A DNA stretch of 40,671 nucleotides from a virus: IMG/VR virus record IMGVR_UViG_3300050014_000199; one strand, given 5' to 3'. Made by a program: the position numbers and the translations under genes. A model generated the notes under the pieces. It saw only the letters and a list, made by a program, of their open reading frames with translations. It made no database searches and was not told where the DNA came from. Each line of letters opens with the position of its first letter. The stretch's first letter is position 1. Shown piece after piece: positions 1 to 8,022 of the stretch.

Positions 1-127
1 TGGAATAAATAACATTATTGATAGTGCCAATAGTGTCGGAAGCCTTGTAGGTTTACCAGGGATATCACGTGTAACCATAGGGACAATACAACATCTAGCT
101 GCGGGCGCAGTCGTTCCCCCCAACGCG
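1..127. repeat. terminal direct repeat, copy 1 (exact 127 nt, identical to 40545..40671)
   Basis: Direct comparison of the window ends: tggaataaataacattattgatagtgcc...gtcgttccccccaacgcg is at both ends. It lies inside the tape-measure ORF. Confidence 0.95.
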
Positions 128-352
128 CCCTTTATGGCTATGCTTGGGGATAATAAATCCCAAAACGAAATTCTTGCTCCCGAAGATATGATACGGAGAA
201 TCGTTCGGGAGGAAACACAAGGAATGGGTAACCAGAATATCAATGTCACTTTCGGCGGTAGCATGGGCGAACTGATTCGATTGATGAAACCCAGTATTGA
301 TCGTGAAAATACACGCGTTGGTTCCAGTCTCGTTACCAGGAGTTCGGGATGA
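1..352 (+). CDS. tail tape measure protein, C-terminal ~116 codons (3' end of the gene starting at 38272, joined through the circular junction)
   Basis: Frame open from base 2 with no start. It is in frame with the 38272 ORF once the 127-nt overlap is collapsed. C-terminal ...HLAAGAVVPPNAPFMAMLGDNKSQNEILAPEDMIRRIV is typical of TMP C-termini. Stop TGA at 350-352. Confidence 0.85.
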   Translation, partial: GINNIIDSANSVGSLVGLPGISRVTIGTIQHLAAGAVVPPNAPFMAMLGDNKSQNEILAPEDMIRRIVREETQGMGNQNINVTFGGSMGELIRLMKPSIDRENTRVGSSLVTRSSG

Positions 353-729
353 TCGTCATCGATACCATAAGTTATGATCTTCCAATCAAGGTTGTTAGCC
401 GCACGGCCAGTTCATTGTTCAAGGTGGCCGAGCGAACTGCTGACGGAAATCTTCACACGGAGACTATCGGGTGGTTCTACAATTTTGAGGTGGAAGTCGG
501 TCAGTCGGCGAATAACGCCGTTGATTATGCCGCGCTTTGGGTGAAACTAACCGAACCCGTCGAGAGTCACGAAATCACCATGCCAAACGAAGGCGGTGAT
601 TTGACCTTTGAGTGTTACTTTGCGGGCATAAGTGACACTGTTTTCAAATGGAACGAAGGCGGCGTCAACTATTTCAAGAATCTGAAATTCTCCGTGATCG
701 CCATATCCCCAGCAAGGATACCCCTATGA
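349..729 (+). CDS. small tail-tip protein (distal-tail-protein position), 126 aa
   Basis: ATGA start/stop overlap with the TMP gene. Function assigned from position directly downstream of TMP only. Confidence 0.55.
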   Translation: MIVIDTISYDLPIKVVSRTASSLFKVAERTADGNLHTETIGWFYNFEVEVGQSANNAVDYAALWVKLTEPVESHEITMPNEGGDLTFECYFAGISDTVFKWNEGGVNYFKNLKFSVIAISPARIPL

Positions 730-2180
730 CCGCGACGAAACCGAGCATCTCGCTTGTCGTCACGACTGGCGACACGATGGAGTTTTCCGGCTCCGAGGTC
801 ATCAGCGCCACGATTTTGCGCGAGGTGAGTCCCATCAGTACGGAGCTTCCGATCTCGACTGTCGAATGCAAGGTGCTGAATGAGGATGACACCTTTAGCA
901 TGTTCCAGGGTGACCGCTTTCAGTTGTTATCAGAACGCCTACCACTGACGGTCTACGAGAGTGTTGCTGGCGTCCAGCAGTTCCTTGGTAAATTTTATTT
1001 GCTGGCATGGAAAAATGTCAGCGAGAAAGTCTACCAATTCGACGGCATCGATTTGTTGGGCGTCCTCGATGCAACCGATTTTGATGGCATGTTTTGGGAA
1101 ACACCGACGCTACTCAGCGCCATTCTCAGCGACATACTATCTCCCCTTTCGGTTGCATTTGATTTGGACTATACATTCGACGCCGTTACGCTTTACGGTT
1201 GGACGCCGCCTGGTAATTGTCGTCAGGCGTTACAGCAGGTACTATTTGCCGCAGGCGCAAAGGTATCGACTGCACATAGCGACAGGCTTGATATCGTCCC
1301 GTTAAACCTGCCTTATAACTACAGGATCACAGATCCGGACATGGGCACTATTCTTGACCCGGACGGTGGTGTTATTCGAGATGATGATCCGCTAGAGGGT
1401 TGGGTCGAGAGTTATATCTTTGCAATTGAGAGTCCGGACATCGAAAACATACTTGACCCGGATAGTGGCACTATTGACGACGGAGAATCTACTGCCATGT
1501 TGACTATCTACCCGGTGGGGAAACTGCGCGATCAGCCAATTGAGTTGCTACCGCTCGTGACCAGCATCGAACTGGTATCACATAACTACAGCGAGTCAAC
1601 CGTCCTGGATACAATATTTGACAAATATCTCGAAGCAGGTTCGCATAAAATAATTTTTGACAAGCCGTATTATGTACCGTCGATTGTGATTACCGGGCCA
1701 GGCTATACCCCGGTGGAGTTAGTGACTGAGGGCGAAGTTTTGTTCGTGACCGAGAACGGCGATACCCTCGAAGCTGGCGGCGAATATGACATCGGCCCGG
1801 ATAACCTGCGCCTGTCAATGGACACCGCTGACACCGTGACCATTACCGGGTATTCATGGATTGACAGTAAAAAATCGTACTTGTTTACAGAAACCGGGAT
1901 CACTAATTTCGTCAACAAGAATGCGCTGGTCGTATCCGGAGCGACGATGGTCAATACCGACAATGCCGATCTTGTGTTGGCGCACCTGCGTGACTATTAC
2001 CGGTTGCGCTACAAGCAGAACGTAAAGTTGTTACCGTCCACGTTGGAGGTTGGCAACAATGTCCTGAATGGCACGCTATATGGAAAGCAAATATTTGGCG
2101 AGATCACAAAGATGGACATGGATCTGACTGCTGGATTTATTTCGGTGACTGATATTGTAGGAATGGAGTACACAGGATGA
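726..2180 (+). CDS. tail tip/baseplate protein, 484 aa
   Basis: ATG at 726 overlaps the previous stop (ATGA). The track start at 648 lies inside the previous gene. Second gene after TMP. Internal ILDPD(G/S)G(V/T)I duplication. Confidence 0.6.
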   Translation: MTATKPSISLVVTTGDTMEFSGSEVISATILREVSPISTELPISTVECKVLNEDDTFSMFQGDRFQLLSERLPLTVYESVAGVQQFLGKFYLLAWKNVSEKVYQFDGIDLLGVLDATDFDGMFWETPTLLSAILSDILSPLSVAFDLDYTFDAVTLYGWTPPGNCRQALQQVLFAAGAKVSTAHSDRLDIVPLNLPYNYRITDPDMGTILDPDGGVIRDDDPLEGWVESYIFAIESPDIENILDPDSGTIDDGESTAMLTIYPVGKLRDQPIELLPLVTSIELVSHNYSESTVLDTIFDKYLEAGSHKIIFDKPYYVPSIVITGPGYTPVELVTEGEVLFVTENGDTLEAGGEYDIGPDNLRLSMDTADTVTITGYSWIDSKKSYLFTETGITNFVNKNALVVSGATMVNTDNADLVLAHLRDYYRLRYKQNVKLLPSTLEVGNNVLNGTLYGKQIFGEITKMDMDLTAGFISVTDIVGMEYTG

Positions 2181-2788
2181 CAACAATCAAACTTAGCGCG
2201 CTTGCAGCGAACCCAGATACCCTGCTGACCGCCCCAGTCTTTGCTGATTTGCTGCTTATCAATGACATCAGTGAGCCTCTAACCATCAACAAAACCAAAG
2301 CCATGACGTTGTCTTCTCTGGCGGCGATGTTGGCTCCTCTGATGGAGGGCATCAAGGTAAATGGGCTCTATCTCTCGACTGAAGCCACAAATCCAGCGAC
2401 TTCGCTCGGTTATGGAACTTGGGTTGCCTATGCTGCTGGGCGTGTGCCAATTGGTGTAGGCACATCTGACGCGGTTTACGGTGCCGGGTCAACTGGTGGT
2501 GCCAGTAACCATACAAATACTTCCGCAGAGATGCCTGCTCACGCGCACGTTCAGAACGCCCATAACCACACGCAGAACGCGCATAACCACAATATCAATG
2601 CAGTAACAACAAGCCCCAGTGGGACCATTGGATCAATTTGGGGGTACAGCATCGGTACTGTCACTACTGACACCCGAGTCGCCACTAACAATGTCGCAAC
2701 TGCCACCAACCAAAATACCGGTAGCGGAACGGCTTGGGACAACACGATGCCTTGGATTGGCGTCTATATTTGGAAACGCATTTCGTAA
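2177..2788 (+). CDS. tail fibre protein with phage Tail-Collar-like domain
   Basis: ATGA overlap with upstream gene. GGASNHTNTSAEMPAHAH...NAHNH...NTMPWIGVYIWKRI matches the collar-domain pattern (GGS..HT.T..eMP.H.H ... N.qP...). 21-nt tandem repeat encodes QNAHNHT/QNAHNHN. Confidence 0.75.
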   Translation: MTTIKLSALAANPDTLLTAPVFADLLLINDISEPLTINKTKAMTLSSLAAMLAPLMEGIKVNGLYLSTEATNPATSLGYGTWVAYAAGRVPIGVGTSDAVYGAGSTGGASNHTNTSAEMPAHAHVQNAHNHTQNAHNHNINAVTTSPSGTIGSIWGYSIGTVTTDTRVATNNVATATNQNTGSGTAWDNTMPWIGVYIWKRIS

Positions 2789-2801
2789 ATAGGAGAATAC
2801 T

Positions 2802-3374
2802 ATGCCTTTATGGACTGATTACTCACTACAAACCACTCCCGACGATGCTGATACCCTGCTCGCACATGACGTGAGCGAGACGACCGTCGGGCAGAAAATG
2901 AAACGTACGACCTGGGCGAACATCAAGGCGGCAATACTCGGAGGAACGGGACATGTCAATGTGGGTGTGTTCACCCTGACCGTCCCTGCCACGGGCGCTG
3001 CGGCGCTGCTGGGAACGGCGAATGTGTTTACCGACACGCAAAATCTGCCTACATATAGCCTCGTTACCGGATGGGGTGGGTTTATTCAGGGTCAAGGCTT
3101 ATCCCTGAACGCTAATGACGCGATTGTGTGGGCCGAGTTCCTCGGTATGCTATTGATTTCTAACGTTACGGATGACACCACTCAACTGATTATTTGCAGC
3201 AAGGCAGGTTCGTTTACAAGCGTTGCTAGCCAGGGATTGAGTTGCACGCTTGGGTCTGACGCGGGCGGAACCTTGTCGGTTTACCATGGGATGACAGGCA
3301 CTAATATCTACATCAAGAATCGATACGGCGTGACAAAAACTATCCGCGTCCAAATATTTGGGAATAACTGGTAA
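2802..3374 (+). CDS. second tail-fibre-like protein, 190 aa
   Basis: AGGAG RBS. N-terminal ADTLLAHDVSE...KMKRTT...IKAAIL parallels ADLLLINDISE...KTKAMT...LAAML of the preceding fibre, suggesting a shared attachment motif. Confidence 0.5.
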   Translation: MPLWTDYSLQTTPDDADTLLAHDVSETTVGQKMKRTTWANIKAAILGGTGHVNVGVFTLTVPATGAAALLGTANVFTDTQNLPTYSLVTGWGGFIQGQGLSLNANDAIVWAEFLGMLLISNVTDDTTQLIICSKAGSFTSVASQGLSCTLGSDAGGTLSVYHGMTGTNIYIKNRYGVTKTIRVQIFGNNW

Positions 3375-3476
3375 TGGCAGACCCGTCATTACCCCTTCCG
3401 TAGAAACGCACACAAAGGAGCCATCATTGAAAGTTGAACAGAACGGCAACGTAATCAGCGTGTACCAGGGGGTAGC

Positions 3477-4292
3477 ATGGACGCAATCATAACCATCAGT
3501 GACACTCACGTTGGGTCGTTGAGCGGGCTTTGTTCTACATGGGGCATCCGCCAGGACAACGGGGCAAGGTTTTCACCGTCAAAATTTCAGGACTATACCT
3601 GGAACGCCTTTACCCATTTCTGGCGTGAGTATGTGCCAGCCGTCACCAAGGGCGCCCGTAAAATCGCGGTTGTCATCAATGGCGATCTGGTAGACGGCAA
3701 TCACCACAACGCGGTAGATATCATTCCCAATATCGCCAGCCAGGAAGAGGCAGCGGTCGAAATGTTCGGACCCATTGCGAAAATATACCAAATAGTAGTA
3801 ATTCGTGGAACGGAAGCCCATGGCGGTATCAGTGAGCAGTCAACAGAACGGGTCGCCCGTGAATTACACGCTGTCAAGGACGAATCTACGGGCAACAGCT
3901 CCTGGTGGCAATATTGGGTAGAGGCCGGGGATCACCTGTTCCAATTCGCCCACCATATCGGCACGACAGGCAGTACAGCCTATGAGACCACGGCCCTGAC
4001 CAGGGAGCTGACCGCAGGTATGAGCGAAGCGACGCAGTGGGGAACGCGGATGCCCGATACGATGGTCAGGTCACACAGGCATCGCTTTAGTCAGGTAATA
4101 CTACCTAGTGCACGCGGGCGCATCCAATTAGTCGTAACCCCTGGATGGCAACTTCGTACCCCATTTGTTGAAAGAATAGACCGTATACGGCTCCCCCACA
4201 TTGGGGGAGTTGTCTTTTTATGTGAGGATGGACAATGCCAAGTGAAAGAAAAAATGTATCCTCTGCCGCAACCGAAAGTGAACCGACTTTGA
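3477..4292 (+). CDS. calcineurin-type metallophosphoesterase-like protein, 271 aa
   Basis: Ordered motifs ISDTHVG (DxH), NGDLVDG (GDxxD), IRGTEAHGG, AHHIG, VRSHRHRF (HxH). Confidence 0.6.
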   Translation: MDAIITISDTHVGSLSGLCSTWGIRQDNGARFSPSKFQDYTWNAFTHFWREYVPAVTKGARKIAVVINGDLVDGNHHNAVDIIPNIASQEEAAVEMFGPIAKIYQIVVIRGTEAHGGISEQSTERVARELHAVKDESTGNSSWWQYWVEAGDHLFQFAHHIGTTGSTAYETTALTRELTAGMSEATQWGTRMPDTMVRSHRHRFSQVILPSARGRIQLVVTPGWQLRTPFVERIDRIRLPHIGGVVFLCEDGQCQVKEKMYPLPQPKVNRL

Positions 4293-4531
4293 CATTCGGC
4301 TACAATGAGTTAGAGGAATATCTGCGAGAGCAGTATTATCACACCGCCATGGAACCAGACGAAATGACCACCGAGGACTGCGCCCATGTCATGGGCATAT
4401 CCAAGAGGGCAGTCGCTGAAAGATTGAAGTTGGACGTTGAGAAGGGCACGATCACGGCACGTAAGGCGCGTATGGCCAATGGAAATATTGCGGTGGTTTA
4501 TCGGCTACGCAAGGCGGGCGAGGAGATATAG
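4289..4531 (+). CDS. small helix-turn-helix DNA-binding protein
   Basis: TTEDCAHVMGISKRAVAERLKLDVEKG looks like an HTH. The start is uncertain: TTG at 4289 overlaps the upstream stop as TTGA, while the track ATG at 4235 would overlap the upstream gene by 58 nt. Confidence 0.5.
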   Translation: MTFGYNELEEYLREQYYHTAMEPDEMTTEDCAHVMGISKRAVAERLKLDVEKGTITARKARMANGNIAVVYRLRKAGEEI

Positions 4532-4569
4532 TCCTCGAAAATGATGACCTGGCGGGGGCGGACTAAACA

Positions 4570-4589
4570 CCTGTACACAAACGTACAGG
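4570..4589 (+). terminator. weak hairpin after the last plus-strand late gene
   Basis: CCTGTAC-acaaac-GTACAGG followed by TTAA. No real T tract. Confidence 0.25.
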
Positions 4590-4656
4590 TTAAGCGAATG
4601 GTGTCAGGTTGGGTTACATATTTGTCTACCACATCAGCGCATGATGTGAGATACAA

Positions 4657-4742
4657 GGTGGGCGGTGAAGGATTCGAACCTCCGAAGGCGTGTCGCCAAC
4701 TGATTTACAGTCAGTTTCCTTTGGCCGCTTGGATAACCGCCC
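4657..4742 (-). tRNA. tRNA-Tyr (anticodon GTA), type II with long variable arm
   Basis: Hand-folded reverse complement: acceptor GGGCGGT/ACCGCCC; D arm TCC-AAGCGGCCAAA-GGA; anticodon arm ACTGA-CTGTAAA-TCAGT; variable stem GGCG-ACA-CGCC; T arm GGAGG-TTCGAAT-CCTTC; discriminator A plus CC. Confidence 0.85.
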
Positions 4743-4775
4743 TAAAAGAAGCGGGCGGCCAATGCTGGGGCCGCC
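4743..4775 (-). terminator. GC hairpin plus T tract immediately 5' of the tRNA
   Basis: Minus strand reads GGCGGCC-ccagcatt-GGCCGCC then cgcTTCTTTTagg, ending 1-2 nt before tRNA position 1. Confidence 0.4.
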
Positions 4776-4943
4776 GCCTACCCTCGCGTTGCCAGCCGCG
4801 ATAACCCTTCCGGTACCAGTCGGGTTAGCCAATTTGAGCTTGCCGTCGTTAGTAAGGGCGGTAGAAGGCTCGGCGGGTGATACGCTTATTATACTCGATA
4901 TCTGCAAACATGGAAAAGCTAATTGACACTTATGGGGGTAATT

Positions 4944-4975
4944 TGTAAAATAGAAAGCCCCTTATCCAGGGGCTT
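4944..4975 (-). terminator. rho-independent terminator of the leftward early operon
   Basis: Minus strand reads AGCCCCT-ggata-AGGGGCT followed by TTCTATTTT, about 27 nt after the stop of 5002..5652. Confidence 0.7.
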
Positions 4976-5001
4976 GCAGTGCATGGTGGTGATAAGAATT
5001 A

Positions 5002-5652
5002 TTATGGGAAGAACGAAAGTATATCTTTTATCGTCTTTTGCCTAGTTGAATCGTTATCGGGAAGGTTATAATTATTCGTGATGTTTGTGTTCATCCCCTC
5101 CTTTGGCCCATCAATTGCGTCCATTTCGCCCCTCAGTCTTTCAATCTCTTTGAGCAGGGACGTTTCCCTGGCTTCGTAATGACTCTTGAACTCCATATCG
5201 GTGTCTATAAGATTGTCAAAAGATCTGTGCCACTCCTCTGCATTATGTTGTGCATTATTCCGGTCAATCGCAAGATCGTGACTGGATTTATGTACTATTT
5301 CGCCATCCTCGATAAATGGGTGGCACCAACAATCGTTGGCGTTTATGTGATTTTGGTCTCTCGTTTCGGTTTCTATAAGCTTGTCGAATGATGCTTTCCA
5401 GGTACGCTCCCCTGCCTCTGCTAGAGACAATTTTTTCTCTAGCACAACAACCGCAGCGTCTGGTATGTACGCCTGCGCAGCTAGATATTCAATATACCTA
5501 TCCTTATGTTTTTCTAGTGGGCGGTCATTCCATTCCTCGAAGGGAATTGACACATAGTGCAGGGAACACTCTTTATTTGAGCAATAACAATTGCTCTCGT
5601 TTTTTTCGTGTGCATCTTCACCGCACAGTGGGCATAGCTTTAAAGGGGTCAT
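5002..5652 (-). CDS. Lar-like zinc-ribbon protein with coiled-coil C-terminal part, 216 aa
   Basis: N-terminus LKLCPLCGEDAH...C..KEC...EEWNDRP resembles the Lar restriction-alleviation family pattern (lkPCPFCG...C..C...eaWNrR). ATGA overlap with upstream gene. Confidence 0.45.
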   Translation of the reverse strand: MTPLKLCPLCGEDAHEKNESNCYCSNKECSLHYVSIPFEEWNDRPLEKHKDRYIEYLAAQAYIPDAAVVVLEKKLSLAEAGERTWKASFDKLIETETRDQNHINANDCWCHPFIEDGEIVHKSSHDLAIDRNNAQHNAEEWHRSFDNLIDTDMEFKSHYEARETSLLKEIERLRGEMDAIDGPKEGMNTNITNNYNLPDNDSTRQKTIKDILSFFP

Positions 5653-5861
5653 TTCATCTCCTGTGGTGCAACTATAGATACGATGCCAGATATTAATCTG
5701 GCCCTCATTACTGCCTCAAATTCCCGTTGCTGATGCTCGTCAACGATGGAATATTGATTAAAATACTTCTCCCAGTTATCAATAAGTTCTTTCTTTTGAA
5801 TGTCGGTGGGCTTTGCCACTTCCGCCAAAAGTAGAATTTTGTTTTTTAATTCGTTATTCAT
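5649..5861 (-). CDS. hypothetical protein, 70 aa
   Basis: ATG at 5861 lies just downstream of the upstream stop (1 nt between them). The track start at 5897 would overlap that gene by 35 nt. Confidence 0.5.
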   Translation of the reverse strand: MNNELKNKILLLAEVAKPTDIQKKELIDNWEKYFNQYSIVDEHQQREFEAVMRARLISGIVSIVAPQEMK

Positions 5862-5862
5862 T

Positions 5863-6252
5863 TCATTTCTTTGACTTTGCCAGGACATCCAGGGCAAAAG
5901 CTAGGGCGTAGGTATCGTTACCGCGAAGCCATTCCGCGACAACGGCCTCAGCCGCATCCGCGCGCGCACGGGCGGCCGCCAGCTCCGCGCGCAGGTCTTC
6001 GGCCTCTTTCCATCGTTTATCCGGACAGCAGAATATGGCGATATTCATCTGCTCAACGGCGTGGGCAAGGGTGGCGCGGAGGGTGTCCTCAATCGGGCGT
6101 TGGTTATAAATGTGCCGTAATACTCTAAAATTCGTTTTACAGTCAGGGCATTTCAAAAAAAGTACGTGGCCCTTATCAGTAATCACCAACGAATTGTAAC
6201 CAACGCTTTGTCCCTTGCAGAACGGACATTGTTTCAATTCTGTTTCGTTCAT
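5863..6252 (-). CDS. Lar-like zinc-ribbon protein, 129 aa (paralogous N-terminus to 5002..5652)
   Basis: MNETELKQCPFCKG...CPDC...IYNQRP. ATG at 6252 forms an ATGA overlap with the upstream stop. Confidence 0.45.
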   Translation of the reverse strand: MNETELKQCPFCKGQSVGYNSLVITDKGHVLFLKCPDCKTNFRVLRHIYNQRPIEDTLRATLAHAVEQMNIAIFCCPDKRWKEAEDLRAELAAARARADAAEAVVAEWLRGNDTYALAFALDVLAKSKK

Positions 6253-6605
6253 ATTTCCTCCAATCGCTTTTCTATTATTATACCCAGTTCTTTTCTCCAA
6301 TCTGGGCGCGGAGCGGGCTTATTCGCCGTGCAACGTTTGGTCGTGTGGACGGCGCCGCACTTCGGGCAGGCTGGGGTTGGGATAAGTGCGGGCAAGTTCA
6401 AGATGGTCCGATAACGCAGGCTCTTTGGTTCCCGCCCCTTCGCAATGGACCAAAGCGTACCCGCTGGAATGCCCCTAAAATCGGGCATAGCGGCGATTTC
6501 GCGCCAGGACATATCGGAATGCCTATTCAGTAGCTCCGTGCAAATTTGTGCCATGTCCGTGGTTTGGACGCGGTCTGTGGTTTGAGTTGTCGTTTGGTTC
6601 GTCAT
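6249..6605 (-). CDS. hypothetical protein with possible HTH and CPKCG zinc-ribbon, 118 aa
   Basis: SWREIAAMPDFRGIPAGTLWSIAKG followed by CPKCGAVHTTKRC. ATGA coupling. Confidence 0.5.
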   Translation of the reverse strand: MTNQTTTQTTDRVQTTDMAQICTELLNRHSDMSWREIAAMPDFRGIPAGTLWSIAKGREPKSLRYRTILNLPALIPTPACPKCGAVHTTKRCTANKPAPRPDWRKELGIIIEKRLEEI

Positions 6606-7207
6606 TTCAAGTCCTTTATCCCAAGACCTGCCTCATATTGAAATTGCGTTCTCCCATTTGTCGTCCAGTGCTTCGGCGTATTCGGCTGACCGCCGGCATA
6701 CTGTTTTTCAAGGATGTGTTGGATGCAGATGGTTGCATATTTGCGACAGTTGCCGCCGTCGTTCCAGGTCTGGCCTTCCGCGTAAAAGCGCACCGGCCTG
6801 ACAAAGTTAGGGTCGCTGTGTTTGATAAAGTCCTCGATAAAGTCTTGCGGCACCTCACCAAAGAGGAGGCGCACTTTTGTGATGGGTTGGCTGCCTTTGG
6901 CGTCAATGACCAATCCGCGTTCGCTCATCAGGTACGGCCATCCCTCGCGGGGAATGCGCGTGTAGAGTTCAAGCCGTTTCAGGTCCTTATCTTTCAGTAT
7001 TTCAATTCGTGCCAGTTGTTCCTCAATTTCGAGGTGGCGATCATCAACGACGACAAGGAATATGACGAGAGCCGCCAGGCCAAAGATGATCGCCCATGCG
7101 AAGCCCAGCGTATGCAACCAACCCGGCTCGAATTTTACCAACACGACAAATAGGATGATGGTCACGCTAATTCCTGCGCAAACGATAGACCAAAATAGTT
7201 TCATCAA
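6602..7207 (-). CDS. membrane protein (two N-terminal TM helices), 201 aa
   Basis: LFWSIVCAGISVTIILFVVLV and GFAWAIIFGLAALVIFLVVV are hydrophobic spans. ATGA coupling on both sides. Confidence 0.6.
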   Translation of the reverse strand: MMKLFWSIVCAGISVTIILFVVLVKFEPGWLHTLGFAWAIIFGLAALVIFLVVVDDRHLEIEEQLARIEILKDKDLKRLELYTRIPREGWPYLMSERGLVIDAKGSQPITKVRLLFGEVPQDFIEDFIKHSDPNFVRPVRFYAEGQTWNDGGNCRKYATICIQHILEKQYAGGQPNTPKHWTTNGRTQFQYEAGLGIKDLK

Positions 7208-7407
7208 ACCCCTCCCCCACCGCTATCCTTTTTGCTAAAATTGGTGTTTATGCGTGCGCCAAGCACACCTAGCCTCGCCTTATACTCAGCCTGCGCCCGC
7301 AAATGCCGTGCCTTGCGCAGCATGGGGGTGACGAAGGAGTAGATCAGGATGGCGGGGATGACGAATAACGCGAGGGCGGCAAGCCATTGAAGGGCGGCGA
7401 GGGTCAT
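7204..7407 (-). CDS. small single-pass membrane protein, 67 aa
   Basis: LAALQWLAALALFVIPAILIYSFV hydrophobic span. ATGA coupling. Confidence 0.55.
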   Translation of the reverse strand: MTLAALQWLAALALFVIPAILIYSFVTPMLRKARHLRAQAEYKARLGVLGARINTNFSKKDSGGGGV

Positions 7408-7649
7408 GGCTTACTACCGCCTTTTGCTTTTTGCCATGCCTCGATCAGCTCCCTATCTGTTGTCTTGTCGTATGGATTTCTTCCCCCAATAACACGCTCA
7501 ACAATTTCCTCGGCTAAGTCGGCGCGTTTACTGGCTTTCGCCAACACCACGCGCAAACGCTCTATTTCGTGCACCGCGTCTGCTAGGGCTATCCCAGGAA
7601 CAGTTGGATTTTTAGCTAACATTTTCAGTGCGTCTAATTCCCATTTCAT
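7404..7649 (-). CDS. hypothetical protein, 81 aa
   Basis: ATGA coupling at both ends. Confidence 0.5.
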   Translation of the reverse strand: MKWELDALKMLAKNPTVPGIALADAVHEIERLRVVLAKASKRADLAEEIVERVIGGRNPYDKTTDRELIEAWQKAKGGSKP

Positions 7650-7843
7650 TTCGCCTCACTTGCGCGGAGCACTTCCGCATAACAGAATATCACCGCATTC
7701 AATTTCTGCCCGTCGTCTACCCGCACGCCGAGCATGGGACGCCCGTTGCAATCCGTAACGAGGGTCGCCACGACGCGGCCGGGGCGGTTGTCGGGGCAGA
7801 TGACCAGGGCGCCCAGGGGGTATTGCGCGGGGCTGGTAGTCAT
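7646..7843 (-). CDS. hypothetical protein, 65 aa
   Basis: ATGA coupling at both ends. Confidence 0.5.
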   Translation of the reverse strand: MTTSPAQYPLGALVICPDNRPGRVVATLVTDCNGRPMLGVRVDDGQKLNAVIFCYAEVLRASEAK

Positions 7844-8022
7844 TTCTTCGCCGCCTGCTCTAAGGTCTTTATTTTTTTATTTAGCCGATCTATTTCGTTC
7901 AGCAGCGGGAATAATACGGCTACACAAAGAGCGTGAAACTCGACCAAGTTTTTGTCGGTGAAGTCGTCCATTTGGTTTAATTTCTTGATACGTTCGATAT
8001 TTGTCCTGGTCTCGTTGTTCAT
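7840..8022 (-). CDS. hypothetical protein, 60 aa
   Basis: ATGA coupling at both ends. Confidence 0.5.
   Translation of the reverse strand: MNNETRTNIERIKKLNQMDDFTDKNLVEFHALCVAVLFPLLNEIDRLNKKIKTLEQAAKK

Noticed and set aside
1-127. The 127-nt repeat as a biological cos site or physical terminal repeat
   Set aside because: It lies in the middle of the tape-measure coding sequence, and the terminase looks like a headful (PBSX) type. An assembly overlap is more likely, although I cannot exclude terminal redundancy without reads.
648-725. Upstream start at 648 for the 726..2180 tail gene, and similarly 4235, 5897, 6300, 8929, 10009, 12956, 17170, 18177, 18930, 22901, 25051, 31794 and 34967
   Set aside because: These longest-ORF starts overlap the preceding gene substantially. 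Internal starts that give ATGA/TAATG coupling, or that follow a Shine-Dalgarno sequence, are preferred.
2177-3374. Diversity-generating retroelement or other targeted hypervariation at the fibre genes
   Set aside because: No reverse transcriptase gene is present and I could not find a template/variable repeat pair. The only repeat is the short 21-nt QNAHNH duplication.
3150-3509. 119-aa minus-strand ORF spanning the end of the second fibre gene
   Set aside because: It is antisense to two plus-strand genes and has no promoter or RBS context.
4657-4742. tRNA as a phage attachment site (attP)
   Set aside because: The tRNA is full length rather than a 3' fragment, and no integrase or recombinase gene exists in the closed genome.
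4541-4926. Track ORFs 4541..4804(+), 4626..4907(-) and 4690..4926(+)
   Set aside because: They run across the tRNA-Tyr gene and GC hairpins and have no RBS. The region is better explained as tRNA plus regulatory spacer.
6548-7153. 201-aa plus-strand ORF mirroring the 201-aa minus-strand gene 6602..7207
   Set aside because: It lies antisense inside a tightly coupled minus-strand operon, has no RBS, and its sequence is low in complexity with no motifs. I treat it as a shadow ORF.
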